Source of the DNA: Hemiscyllium ocellatum
Lineage: Eukaryota
Direction: 5' to 3'
Assembly: GCF_020745735.1 (NCBI RefSeq)
Contig: NC_083414.1
Location: 73,532,968 to 73,596,967 of the forward strand
Length of the DNA: 64,000 nt
The notes under the pieces were generated by a model. The model had not been told where the DNA came from and searched no databases. It was given only the letters and a program-made list of their open reading frames with translations. How positions within the stretch are numbered: the first letter of the stretch is position 1; every line of letters starts with the position of its first letter. Positions 52,121 through 63,803 of this stretch are shown piece after piece. Both the position numbers and the translations under genes were made by a program.

Positions 52121-52399
52121 TCCCTATTTATTTGAAGACAATTATGAAAATTTAATTAAAAATAATACCCACTGAGAAAGTCTTTCAAATCAAGGAGACA
52201 GGCCTGATTGGGTGTATATGGCACATGGTATCGGGGGCAAACTCTCTGCTGATTGGTGCCACTCCTGGCACATGGGAAGATGGGCGTGGTTTTTGGAGGT
52301 TGGTCATCTCAGCTTCAGGACCTCTCAGGCTGGTATCCTCGGCCCAACCATCTTCAGCTGCTGCTTCCCTCTGGAATCACTAACCACTGTGCCACAGTG

Positions 52400-53050
52400 C
52401 CACCCCCCCTAATTACTATTACTAAAATTCCCAGTTTCAAGAGCCTGAGGGTTACCGTTGACCAGAAACTCAACTGGACTCACCACATAAACGTGATGAC
52501 TACAAGAGCAGGTCAGAGACCAGGAACACTGTGGCAAGTAACTCACCCCCTAATTGTCCATTGTCTACAAAGTACAACACATGTACCTCCAAACCTGCTC
52601 AAGAAGCTTGACACCATCCAGAACAAAGCAGACCCCTTGATTGGCACCACATCATATGCACCCATTCCCTCCACCACTGATGCTCAGTAGCAGTAGTGTG
52701 CACCGTCTACAAGATACACTGCAAACATTCACCAAAGATCCTCAGATAACACCTTCCAAACCCATGACCACTTACATCTAGAAGGACAATGGTTTGATAC
52801 ATGGGAACACCACCCACAGCAACTTCCCTTCAAGCCATTTCCCATCCTGACTTGGAAAAATATCACCGCTCCTTCAGTATCACTGGGTCAAAATCTTGGA
52901 ATCCTAAGGGCATTGTGGGTCAATCTTCAGCAAATGGACTGCAGCAGTTCAAGAAGGCAGCTCAATGCCACCTTCTCAATGGTAACTAGGGATGGGCAAT
53001 AAATGCTGGCCCAGCCAGCAATGCCCACCTTCCATGAGTGAATTTTAAAA
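52400..53050 (+). mobile_element. L2/CR1-clade LINE 3' fragment
   Basis: LRVTVDQKLNWTHHIN..LKKLDTIQNKA; tail gggatgggcaataaatgctggcccagccagc shared with the 8337 SINE. Confidence 0.7.
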
Positions 53051-53125
53051 ATCCAAATAGGGAGAGACTGTTCTAGTATTTAAACTTCCAAACATTTGCT
53101 AAAATATCACTGGAGCTTTCAAATT

Positions 53126-53822
53126 GGGGGTGGAAGAGAAGGTGGAGGTGGGAGGAGGAGGTGGAGCAGGAAGTGATGGAGGGAGGCCGAAGTGGTGGAG
53201 GAAAGAGGATGAGGTGGAGGTGGTGAAGGAAAAATGCAGGGAGGAGTGGAGATGGAGGAGTGTGGAGGAGGAGAAAGGGCTGGAGGGAGGAGAGTGTGGA
53301 GGTAGGAGGAGGTGGTGGGGAGGAGAGTGGAGGAAGTGGAGAAGGAGTGAGGATGGAGGAAGAGGAAAGGTGGAATGAGCTGGTGGAGGGGGAGGAGGTG
53401 GTGGAGGGGAAGAGGAAGGAAGAATAGAGTGAGGAGTGGAGATGGAGGAGCGAAGAGGAATTGGAGGAGTAGAAAGGAGTGGACGGCGGAGGTGGAGGAG
53501 GGAGGATAAGTGATGGATGGAGGAGGAGAGGGTAGAGGTAGGAGGAGGGGATGGGGAGGAAGGTGGAGGAAGTGGAGGAGAAAATGGATGGATGGATGGA
53601 GGAGGAGATGGAAGAGGAAGTGGGTGGAGGGGAAGAGGAGGGAGGAATAGATTGAGGATTGGAGATGGAGGAGTGAGGAGGAGTTGGAGGAGGTGAAAGG
53701 ACTGGAGGGAGAAAAAAGGTGGAGGAAGGAGGAGAGTGTGGAGGTAGGAGGAGGTGATAGGGAGGAGGGTGGAGGAGGAAGTGGATGGGGGAGGAGGAGA
53801 TGGAGGGAGGAGGAGATGGAGT
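53126..53822. repeat. Polypurine (GGA-rich) low-complexity tract
   Basis: ~700 bp almost purely G/A with scattered T. Confidence 0.95.
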
Positions 53823-54714
53823 ATAGAGACATTTTTGAGGAGACCCGCTGTAATAGGGAGGGTCACCAATTTGAGGCGTGGGAAATCATGTTGGATTTGT
53901 TTTGGATATCATTGATACCTTGTCCCTATGTCCCAGGAACTCTTCCACTCAGTAACTCCCAGCAGGCACCCGATAACATTCATCCCAGTGTTAATGTCTT
54001 GAAATGTATACTTCTCTGATATTAAATGTAAAAACAAAGTTTTGAACGTTAATATGCACATACAGTATTTCAGCAAATCATCTTTTATTTTCTGTCACGA
54101 TATCCAAAAGAACCTAACTCCAGGTTGTAGCTTGGAGTTTAATTCTCTGGACAATCTGTTTCCTTTCATTTCTGGGTTAAAGTCACACTTGTCTATGAAT
54201 TCCTCTCCTTGCTTGAATATAGGACAACCACCTCACTGACTTTAATGCTGCGATGCTGCAACTTCTTTGTGTTTCCATCCACACATCAGAAGCTTTGAGC
54301 CTGTCCTGAGTTGTAATATCCACAGGATTTCAGAATCTTGTCTTATTCCAGACAACAAGTGTCTCCCATTCACCGCAAAATCTGACCACCATCCGTTACA
54401 ATCAATCAGATTTCTCTTCAGTGATGGATGCAGATGTCTTGCCATTTGAAAGATTTATAACACTGGTAGATCTGTTGTCAGCATTAAAGGGAACTCATGT
54501 ATCCCATTAATGTTTGAAAGAGTTCAGTTCCTGCTCAGACCAGGGTGATCATGAATAATTGAATAATTCAGATTATTTTCTATTCAACCACACCATTCGG
54601 AAATGCACACTGATCATGTTACCTTTAGGAAGCTAGTGGAGAAAGCAGAGCGGTTCCTGATCAGTGCTGATGATCCCTGAACCCAATGGATTGATTGTTG
54701 ATCCCTCATGTCGT

Positions 54715-55010
54715 AGAATCCTTACGGGCCATTCAGCCCACTGATTCCATGCAGACCCTCCGTAAAGCGTCCCATTCAGACCCAGTTCTGTAGCCTATCA
54801 CCCCTGCATTTTCCATTATCCACCTCGCCTGCACATCGCTGGACGTTGTAGGCAATCTATCATGGCCAATTCATCTGACCTGCGTATCTTTGCACTATGG
54901 GGAGAAGCCAGAGCACCCAGGGAAACCCACATAGACACGGGGAGAATGTGCAAACTGCACACAGACAGTTGCCCAAGGGTAGAATCGAACCCGGGCACTG
55001 TGCCACCCTG
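54715..55010 (-). mobile_element. V-SINE (HE1-related)
   Basis: Reverse V-domain gacacggggagaatgtgcaaact. Confidence 0.75.
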
Positions 55011-55217
55011 ACATGTCATGAATCTTGACAATCCCATGCCTTTTGGATCATTTGCTCACCTCTTGATCCACTCACTGTCATTTGGATGTGTCACTGACCC
55101 CTGGCACACTGGAGTTATTTGTGGATTGCTGGATCGGATTGACCTGATACTCTCTGCACAGGATCTGAGTTACAGCTGTTTTGTTTCGAGTTGGGGAATG
55201 GTTCATAGTGGAGTGGG

Positions 55218-55670
55218 AGGTCAGTTAGCTCAGTTGGCTGGACGGTTGGTTTGTGATGCACAGCGATGCCAACAGCCGCGGGTTCAATTCCCACAGAAGC
55301 TGAGGTGATTAGATTCCCTACAGTACGGAAACAGGCCTTCGGCCCAACAAGTCCACACCAACCCTCTGAAGAGTAACCCACCCAGACCCATTCCTCATCC
55401 TATCTTTACCCCTAACTAGTGCACCTAACACTATGGCCAATTGGAAACTGGAGCACCTGGAGGAAACCCACACAGACCCGGGGAGAAAGTGCAAACTTCG
55501 CACAGTCGCCCGAGGCGGGAATCGAACCTGGGTCCCTGTGCTAACCACTGAGCCACCATGCCGCCCTAATTCATGCAGGACTCTTCTTCTCAGACTCTCC
55601 CCTTGCCTGAGGGAGTGGTGGCCCTCAGGTTAATCCAATATCACTTCATCTCTCTCTAATGAGACAGCAT
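55218..55670 (+). mobile_element. tRNA-derived SINE interrupted by an HE1 copy (55308-55566, - strand)
   Basis: Head ttagctcagttgg...gggttcaattccc; body resumes after 55566. Confidence 0.6.
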
Positions 55671-56340
55671 CCCCATTATCCAGTAGGTGCAGTGTTAGGG
55701 CTGTTCCTGAAATGTATTTACAATTATGTGTGGGACACAATCCTGAAAACTGGGAAAGATACAAAACTTGGAAATGATTGTGAGGACGCAGACAGGGAGG
55801 TGGACCAGGCAGCTGCTGAAACATAACTTGAAACAGAGTAAGGTGGTGCATTTGACAGGAAGGAGATGGAGGGACAGTGTAATGTATAACTTAGAAGAAG
55901 ATGTGGGGTGGAGGGTGGGGGGAGTGCAGTGGGACCTACAGGTATTGTGAAGTAATGAGTGAAAGTTGCAGGACAGGTTGACAGCTCAGCTAATACAACA
56001 CAGAGAATTCTAGCCTTTACAAACAGGAGACACAGAGCACATGAGAAAGGTAGTGATGTTAAACTAGTTTTGCTTTAACTGGTGTGACTTCAGCTTCAGT
56101 ATTGTAACCAGTTCTGAGTCTCATACTTTATCAGTCATGTGAAAGACAGTAGAGAGGGCGAGGGTGCAGAATGTATTCATGAGAACTATTCCAGGGATAA
56201 GAGATGTCAGTGATTTTTCTGAACCAGCGTCTCCAGCAAAGCAACAAACACAGACCAAATACTTAACTTCAGAAGCAATCAGTTGAAAATGTGTTGCTGG
56301 TTAAAGCACAGCAGGTCAGGCAGCATCCAAGGAATAGGAA

Positions 56341-56376
56341 ATTCGACGTTTCGGGCATAAGCCCTTCATCAGGAAT
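56341..56376 (-). ncRNA. Minimal type-I hammerhead ribozyme (family A) in a 113-bp insertion 56282-56394
   Basis: AUUC-CUGAUGA-agggc-uuau-gccc-GAAAC-GUC-GAAU; TSD agcaatca 56274-56281 / 56395-56402. Confidence 0.8.
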
Positions 56377-56957
56377 GAGGAGAGGGTGCCAGGCAGCAAT
56401 CATCCCAACACCCACAAACAGAGCCACATCAAGACATTATTTCAATGAGTCACATCACGCTGCAGCACCCAAGAACTACAAACAGCAGAAGAAAAAATAT
56501 CTATACAACGTTTTCAAGAAAAAAACAGGCACCCAATAAGCAAAATCCACCGATTCCTCAGAAACAAACCCAAACAAGCAGACACAACGCAACCAAAAAC
56601 TATAGCCACATTACCTTACATCATAGACATCTCAGAAATGACTTCGAACCTACTCAGACCCCTTGGCATCATGGTAGCCCACAAACTCATCAACACACTT
56701 AAACAGTGACTAATGAACCTAAAGAATCCATTAGATACCACCAACAAATCTAACGTCATTTACAGGATACAATGCAAGAGCTGTAAAAAAAACACTACAT
56801 CTGACAAACTAGCAGGTAACTTGCCACCAGGATACATGAACACCAACTGGCCACCAAAAGATACGACCCATTCTCACTAGTTTCCAAACAGGTGTCTAGT
56901 AAATATGGTAAGACACAACTTGTTAGGTAAAGAATTCTAACACTAGGTGTAACCATA

Positions 56958-57255
56958 TGGGCGGCACGGTGGCACAGTAGTTAGCACTACTGCCTCACAG
57001 TGCCAGAGGTCCGGGTTCAATTCCCGCCTCAGGCAACTGTCTGTGCGGAGTTTGCTCATTCACCCTGTGTCTGCGTGGGTTCCCTCCCACAGTCCAAAAA
57101 TGTGCATGTTAGGTGAATTGGCCATGCTAAATTGCCCATAGTGTTAGGTGAAGGGCTAAATATAGGGGAATAGGTGTGGGTGGGTTGCTCTTTGGAGGGC
57201 CAGTGTGGACTTGGTGGGCCGAAGGGCCTGTTTCCACACTGTAAGTAATCTAATC
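56958..57255 (+). mobile_element. HE1-type V-SINE
   Basis: Head, V-domain, tail. Confidence 0.88.
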
Positions 57256-57493
57256 CTAAAGAAGGACACCAGTTTGACTAGGACTACACACACATCCTAG
57301 GACAGGCGAAACAAAGACACACACAAGAATCCTTAGAGGCATTCTAACCAGAACTCCATCTATAAAAACATCGACTTAGATCCCTGTCTAACTTCCCTTG
57401 AAAAAAGAACTGAAGATGACATCATCCACCTTAAGAAACCAAGGCCTATAAATAAAGAGGCGGGATAAACCACCAGCGCTTCACCAGAGATTC

Positions 57494-57533
57494 TCACTGA
57501 TGATGTTACCTAGTATGGTGACGAAACATCTGA
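57494..57533 (+). ncRNA. Minimal type-I hammerhead ribozyme (family C, Poseidon pLTR)
   Basis: UCA-CUGAUGA-uguuacc-uaguau-ggugac-GAAAC-AUC-UGA; stem III reads ACAU rather than ACGU. Confidence 0.68.
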
Positions 57534-57622
57534 AAGCAAACCTTCCAGCTCAGTGAGCTAACTTACATGCTTCTAAGGTATGTCAGTTATATGGATTGAT
57601 TGGAGAATTTAGGACTGTTTTG

Positions 57623-57937
57623 TGGGTGGCACGGTGGCACAGTGGTTAGCACTGCTGCCTCACAGCGCCTGTAGACCCGGGTTCAATTCCCGACTCAGGC
57701 GACTGACTGTGTGGAGTTTGCACGTTCTCCCCGAGTCTGCGTGGGTTTCCTCCGGGGGCTCCGGTTTCCTCCCACAGTCCAAAGATGTGCGGGTCAGGTG
57801 AATTGGCCATGCTAAATTGCCCGTAGTGTTAGGTAAGGGTAAAATGTAGGGGTATGGGTGGGTTGCGCTTCGGCGGGTCGGTGTGGACTTGTTGGGCCGA
57901 AGGGCCTGTTTCCACACTGTAAGTCTAATCTAATCTA
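57623..57937 (+). mobile_element. HE1-type V-SINE, full length, young-looking
   Basis: Intact A/B boxes, CpG-rich V-domain, (aatct)n tail; splits a CR1 remnant. Confidence 0.92.
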
Positions 57938-58143
57938 AAAAAAAAAATTTCCTTGGAGGAGAGGTGGTTGAGGAGTGATTTGACAAAGATATTTGGGATC
58001 ATGATGAATCCAGGTTGAGAGGGGTTATCATTGGGGGCAGGATCAATAACCCGAGGGTGCAGGTTAAAGGGGATTGGGGAACGAAGCAATGGAAACACAA
58101 GGGAAATTCTTTTCAGTGAAAAGTAATGTGGAACTGTTAGGGT

Positions 58144-58345
58144 AAAAAGTGAGGTCTGCAGATGCTGGAGATCGCAGTTGAAAATGTGTTGCTGGTTAAA
58201 GCACAGCAGGTCAGGCAGCATCCAAGGAACAGGAAATTCGACGTTTCGGGCATAAGCCCTTCATCAGGAATCATGAAACGTCGAATGTCCTATTCCTTGG
58301 ATGCTGCCTGACCTGCTGTGCTTTAACCAGCAACACATTTTCAAC
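58144..58345. mobile_element. 202-bp fold-back PLE-derived mini-element carrying a hammerhead
   Basis: 15-bp TSD tggaactgttagggt (58129-58143 / 58346-58360); 73-bp inverted arms 58175-58247 / 58275-58347. Confidence 0.88.
58236..58271 (-). ncRNA. Minimal type-I hammerhead ribozyme (family A)
   Basis: AUUC-CUGAUGA-agggc-uuau-gccc-GAAAC-GUC-GAAU; identical to 56341-56376. Confidence 0.8.
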
Positions 58346-58356
58346 TGGAACTGTTA

Positions 58357-58608
58357 GGGTCTGGAATGTACTGTCTGAGAGTGTGGGGGAGGCAGGTTCA
58401 CCCGAGGGGTAAGGGTCTGGGATGTACTGTCTGAGAGTGTGGGGGAGGCAGGTTCACCCGAGGGGTAAGGGTCTGGGATGTACTGTCTGAGAGTGTGGGG
58501 GAGGCAGGTTCACCCGAGGGGTAAGGGTCTGGGATGTACTGTCTGAGAGTGTGGGGGAGGCAGGTTCACCCGAGGGGTAAGGGTCTGGGATGTACTGTCT
58601 GTGAGTGT
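58357..58608 (+). repeat. 56-bp tandem repeat (~4.4 copies) derived from CR1 3' sequence
   Basis: gggtctgggatgtactgtctgagagtgtgggggaggcaggttcacccgaggggtaa repeated. Confidence 0.9.
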
Positions 58609-59027
58609 ACTGCACTGCTCCTTTAGAGGGCCAGCACAGTTAATGACGGGCCGAATGCACTCCTCCTGGTCATTACATTGAGACAGCCTTCAGCCGACAG
58701 AAGGGGTAGCTGCAACAATCCCTCTGCCCTAACTCTCGGGCAGAATTTGCAATGTCAGGGTTTGTTGTGATCTGTTCTGCGCCGAGATAGCGTTGCCAAT
58801 TTGCTGCATTACTGGTGCAGAGGTAAGGGAGAGCTGACGGCTGGGAAGCTGAAATCCCCACGGTTTCCCCGGCAGTGACAGTGAATGCACGCTGAGATAT
58901 TGCCTGGAGAGAGGGCTCGGGGGTGGGGTGGGTGGATGAGATGCCGTGTGGGGAAACTGGTGTGTGTGTGTGGGGGGCGTCCCTGTGTGTGGTGCCCTGA
59001 ACTGCAGCCTGGTCTCTTGTGCTACAG

Positions 59028-59327
59028 GAGCTGGCCTGAGAGGCGGATCCCAGGAACCTGTTTCCTTTTGAACAGCTCCCCTCTGGGATCTGGCCTTCCA
59101 GCAGTCTGCCGCGGTCGCGGTGAAACGATCGGGAACCCCTGCTGAAACTGAAGAGGAGCTGGCTAATTATGCGCTCCTTCCCCAGGCGAAAGTGTCTCGG
59201 AGCTGCGTTGCAATAACTCTGCGGCTCTGCCTGTGCCTCTTTGTACACAGACTAACCCCCAGCATTGGCTGGAGGAGGGTGCCGCTTCTGATCCAGATCC
59301 GCCACACGAGCTGACATCAGCTGGAAG
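59028..59327 (+). other. Possible non-coding 5' exon of an unidentified downstream gene (upstream exon would end at 58822)
   Basis: Unique CpG-enriched sequence; GAG|gtaagg at 58822, ctacag| at 59027, AAG|gtgaga at 59327; no long ORF. Confidence 0.4.
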
Positions 59328-59659
59328 GTGAGAGTCAACCATGAGTTAGATTACAAAGATGTTTCCAGTGTGTTGCATTATCTCAGCTCTCTCCTTTCCC
59401 CTCCCCAATGGAGTCTTGAAATGTCAGGGGTGTTGTCCCACCTCCTGACCTGGACTCCCCTGACTCTGGCAAGGGAAGGGTACTGTAACCTGCCGTCTGA
59501 TGATCAGCTTTGCTGGAAAGTAGGTTGTCTATTTACAATTGAGGATGCAAGAGTGTGACAGTGGTCATTGGTTCCCCTCGGAGAGATTAATTTTGCTCTG
59601 TACTGTCTCTGATACCGTGTGTGTGTGTGCCCGCCTCTTCCAATCCATGTGTGGGGTCA

Positions 59660-60250
59660 TAAGACCATAAGACCATCAGACATAGGAGTGGAAGTAAGGC
59701 CATTCGGCCCATCGAGTCCACTCCGCCATTCAATCATGGCTGATGGGCATTTCAACTCCACTTACCAGCATTCTCCCCGTAGCCCTTAATTCCTCATGAC
59801 ATCAAGAATCTGTTAATCTCTGCCTTGAAGACATTTAGCGTCCCGGCCTCCACTGCACTCTGGGGCAATGAATTCCACAGGCCCACCACCCTCTGGCTGA
59901 AGAAATATCTCCGCATTTCTGTTCTGAATTGACCCCCTCTAATTTTAAGGCTGTGTCCACGGGTCCTAGTCTCCTCGCCTAACGGAAACAATTTCCTAGC
60001 GTCCACCCTTTCCAAGCCATGTATTATCTTGTAAGTTTCTATTAAGTCTCCCCTTAATCTTCTAAACTCCAATGAATACAATCCTAGGATCCTCAGCCTT
60101 TCCTTGTATTGTTAGACCAACCATTCCAGGGATCATCCGTGTGAATCTCCGCTGGACACGCTCCAGTGCCAGTATGTCCTTCCTGAGGTGTGGGGACCAA
60201 AACTGGACACAATACTCCAAATGGGGCCTAACCAGAGCTTTATAAAGTCT
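59660..60250 (-). mobile_element. CR1 3' fragment
   Basis: [19 protein letters not shown]; RRLRGDLIETYKI; tail cataagac repeats. Confidence 0.92.
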
Positions 60251-60408
60251 GTCAGCCCAATCAACCCAAGGGCATGCAAGTATATCAGAACCAGAGTGAA
60301 CACTTGACTCAGACTGCACCTTGCAGTTAGGAACATTCAGATCTAGGCGTAAATTAGGAGGGTTGGATAGACATGGTGACCAATGGAATAGGGAAAAGGC
60401 AGGCAATT

Positions 60409-60716
60409 GGGGCAGCACGGTGGCTCAGTGGTTAGCACTGTTGATTCACAGCACCAGGGACCCAGGCTCAATTCCAGCCTGGGAATTGACTGTGGAGTTT
60501 GCACATTCTCCCATGTCTGCGCGGGTTTGCTCCGGTTTCCTCCCACGGTCCGAAGATGTGCAGGTCAGGTGAATTGGTCTCACTAAATTGCCCGTAGTGT
60601 GAGCTGCATTAGTCAGAGGGAAACGGGTCTGGGTGGGTTACTCTTCGCAGGGTTAGTGTGGACTTGTTGGGCCGAAGGGCCTGTTTCCACACTGTAGGTA
60701 AGGGGAATCTAATCTA
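60409..60716 (+). mobile_element. HE1-type V-SINE
   Basis: Head, V-domain, tail. Confidence 0.85.
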
Positions 60717-61246
60717 TCCAATAAAAAGCCAGCATGGACCCTATGGATCAAATCGTCTCCTTTGGTGCCATAATACGTCAGTGATTTTGTGGGGGGTAGA
60801 CTATCCAACTGTCAAAGCTGCACTTCCATTCAACACGATCCGAGCTGATCTGATAACTTCACATTCCCACTTACCCCGTGATAACCTGTCAGTAAGAATC
60901 AATCCATCTCTGCCTCAAGGAGAGCTAGTAGGGCAGGATCGTAGGACACAGAATTTGTAGTAAAAGATCAAAGTGTTATACAACTGATGTGATGTATTGA
61001 ACAAACCCAGCTTGCTGCTAAGTATTTAATCTCTTTACAATGGGGCTGCAGGTTTTGATGCATTAATGTGTAAATCCCAGAACTTCTTTCCAGTCACATT
61101 CCCGGGATAACTTTCAGTTTTATAGTCCAAACAAACTTGTTGGGCTATAGCCTGGTGTTGTGTGATTTTTTAGGCGAAAGTGAGGACTGCAAATGCTGGA
61201 GATCAGAGTCGAGAGTGTGAGGTCAGGCAGCATCTGAGGAGCAGGA

Positions 61247-61282
61247 AGTCGACGTTTCGGGCAAAAGCCCTTCATCAGGAAT
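61247..61282 (-). ncRNA. Minimal type-I hammerhead ribozyme (family A variant) in insertion 61171-61281
   Basis: AUUC-CUGAUGA-agggc-uuuu-gccc-GAAAC-GUC-GACU; flanked by ttgtgtgattttt / ttgtgtggttttt. Confidence 0.75.
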
Positions 61283-61419
61283 TGTGTGGTTTTTAACTTG
61301 GTCCATCCCAGTCCAACCCTGACACCTCCACATCAAAAAAAATTCAAAGAGTCTGGTCCCATCAGCTTTTCAGGAAAGGAAACCTAAAGACTGCCGACCC
61401 ACTGAGACAAAGCAAAACC

Positions 61420-62310
61420 TTTCTCTGTCTTAAATGGGTGACCCCCGATTTTAAAAACTATGGCCCCTAGTTCCAGATTCTCCCACAAAAGGAAACATCC
61501 TTCCCACATCCACCCAGTCAAAATTGCTCCGGATCAATCAAACCGCCCCTGACTCTTTGAAACTCCAGAGAATACAAGCCTAGCCTTTCTAGCCTTTCCC
61601 CATAGCACAGCCCACCCAATCCAGATACAAGTCTCGTAAACCTTCTCTAAACCATTTCTAATGTAGTAACATTCTTCAGTGCATACAGTGACCAGTAGTG
61701 TACAGAGCACTCCAGATATCGTCTCACAAATGCCGTGTATAACGGCAGCATAACCTCTCTACTCTTGTACTCAATTTGCCTCACATTAAGACATAACATT
61801 CCCTGATTACTTGCTGTATCTGCATATTAACCTTCTGTGAATCATGCACTAGGACACCCAGGTCTGTCTGCATCTCAGAGCTCTGCAGCCTCTCATTGTT
61901 TAGATAGCAAACTTCTTTACTATTCGTTATACCAAAATGAACAATTTCACACTTTTCCTTATTATACTCCATTTGTGAGATCTGTGCCAACTGACTTAAC
62001 CTATTTATATCCCTTTGTAGGCTGCTTCTGCCCCCTTCACTACTCACTTTCCTATCTTCATGTCATCAACAAATCTAGCTCCTGTGCTTTCAGTCTGTTT
62101 ATCCATCTTTTATGGGAATTGGAAAAAGTGAGGCCTCAGCTCTGACTCCTGTGGCACACCTTGCTAACCGGATAATTACCCATTTCCACCTACCTTCTGA
62201 TTCCTGTTAACCAGCCAATCTTCCAACCATAACAATATGTTACCCCTTACACTCCCAGAGCAAATGCTGATTGAAAATGTAAATGCGGCTCATCCACTAG
62301 TTTCCCTTTA
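61420..62310 (-). mobile_element. CR1 LINE fragment
   Basis: LQRDINRLSQ..QMEYNKEKCEIVHFG..DLGVLVH. Confidence 0.85.
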
Positions 62311-62324
62311 CCCTCGATGTAGAG

Positions 62325-63803
62325 GTACCGGTGTTGGATAGTCAAAAGTCACACAACACCAGGTAATTGTCCATAGGTTTATTTGAAATCACAAGCTTTC
62401 GGAGCACTGCCCCTTCGTCAGGTGAACTGAAGAGAGCACCCAGGACAGACTTTGTAATCAGAGAGATCAAAAGATCATATAAATGCTGTGAGTGGAGTGT
62501 TGACAGACTGAATAATAGGTCTCTGTAGGTGATCAAGAGTGTCAGACAGTGTGAGTAAAGTGACAACAGCTGAAAAACAAATGACGGGGTGGCCTATAAT
62601 CCAAATAATTGAAGTAGAGAGATAATTATTAAAAAAATTAAAACCAACGTGGTGATGGAGACAAACCAAATGACTGGAATAATATGATAGGTATAGCAGT
62701 ACCCTGCCGAAGGCCTAACACAAGTAATCCAAAACTGTGCAAACTAATTAAAGTAGAGAGATCGTAACAAGTCTTCAAGCTGATGGTGTCAAAACAGGAC
62801 AGTGAGGAAGATTGTACAGATATAGAGCAGTATGGTGGCTTACATGTAGTGCAACATGAACCCAAGTTCACGGTTGAGGTAGGTTTGCAACTTGGCTATC
62901 AGTTTCTGCATTGTTCTGTATCTCGAAGGCTGCCTTGGAGGATGTTTAGCTGAAGATCAGAGGCTGAATGTCCTTGACCACTGAAGCATTCCCTGACTGG
63001 GGGCAAAACATTCTTGTCTGGCAATTGTTGGGCCACGTCCATTCATCTGTTGCCTTAGCATCTGCATGGTTTCGTATCCTAACCTGCAGTGTTTGAGGTA
63101 GACACCATTGACCGAGTCACATGAGCATCTGCTGTGCGATGTTAGTGTCCATGTTGATGATCTGGCATGTTTTGCAGAGGTTACAGTGGCAGGCTTTTGT
63201 GGTGTTGTGGTCAATGTTGTCCTGAAGGCTGTGCAGTTTGCAGTGAACGATCGTCTGTTTAAGGTTTGGAGGTTGTTTGGAGGTGGGAAGTAAGAATGAG
63301 CTTGGCGAGATGTTCGTCATCATCGATAATGTGTTGAAGGCTGTGAAGAACATGGTGTAGTTTCTCCACTTAGGGGACATACTGGACGATGAAGGGTACT
63401 GTATTGGTCGTGTCTTGTGTTCATCTTCTGAGGGGGTTGTTGTGATTTTTTTTCTGTGGCACATCAGGTGATCGATGATGATTGGAGCATCGTATCCTGT
63501 TCTTATGAGGATGTCTTTCAGCATCTTGATGTATCCATCACGTTCCTCCTCATCTGAGCCGATCCCGTGAGTGCACAGAGTTTGTTTGTAGGGAATCACC
63601 TTTTTAACATGTTCAGGGTGCAAGTTGAAGCAGTGTAGCATCATGAGGTTATCAATGGGCTTGTGGTAGAGTGACGTACTGAGGTGTCTGTCCCTGACGG
63701 AGATGTGTCTGAGAATGAGACTGATTCTGCTGTGTTGTCCATTGGTAAGTCTGATGATGGGATGAAACTTGGTGATATCGTTGTGTGGTTGGTTCAGTGA
63801 CAC
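62325..63803 (-). mobile_element. Penelope-like element (RT C-terminus, GIY-YIG, pLTR), with an inverted copy starting ~63820
   Basis: FHPIIRLT..LSTSLYHKP.DNLMMLH..HPEHVKKVIPY..SDEEERD; CKTCQII; 63825-64000 is a reverse-complement relative of 62834-62993. Confidence 0.85.
62390..62424 (-). ncRNA. Minimal type-I hammerhead ribozyme (family B)
   Basis: CAC-CUGACGA-aggggcagugcucc-GAAAGCUU-GUG. Confidence 0.72.

Larger units (their letters stand above)
56215..57572 (+). mobile_element. Penelope-like (Poseidon-type) 3' part with nested insertions
   Basis: TLPYI.DISEMT..LLRPLGI; SNVIYRIQCKSC..HYI..T.R.LATRIHEHQLA (GIY-YIG); pLTR hammerhead at the end. Confidence 0.85.

Noticed and set aside
53099-53869. 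256-aa and 237-aa Pro/Ser/Leu ORFs
   Set aside because: Low-complexity polypurine tract
54040-54520. Possible pseudogene or exon in unique sequence
   Set aside because: Stops in all frames and no protein family I can recognise
55218-55295. tRNA gene
   Set aside because: Has A/B boxes but no clean cloverleaf or terminator, and continues into a SINE body; the same applies to the HE1 heads
58673-59248. 191-aa minus-strand ORF
   Set aside because: No recognisable homology; the splice signals point to the + strand
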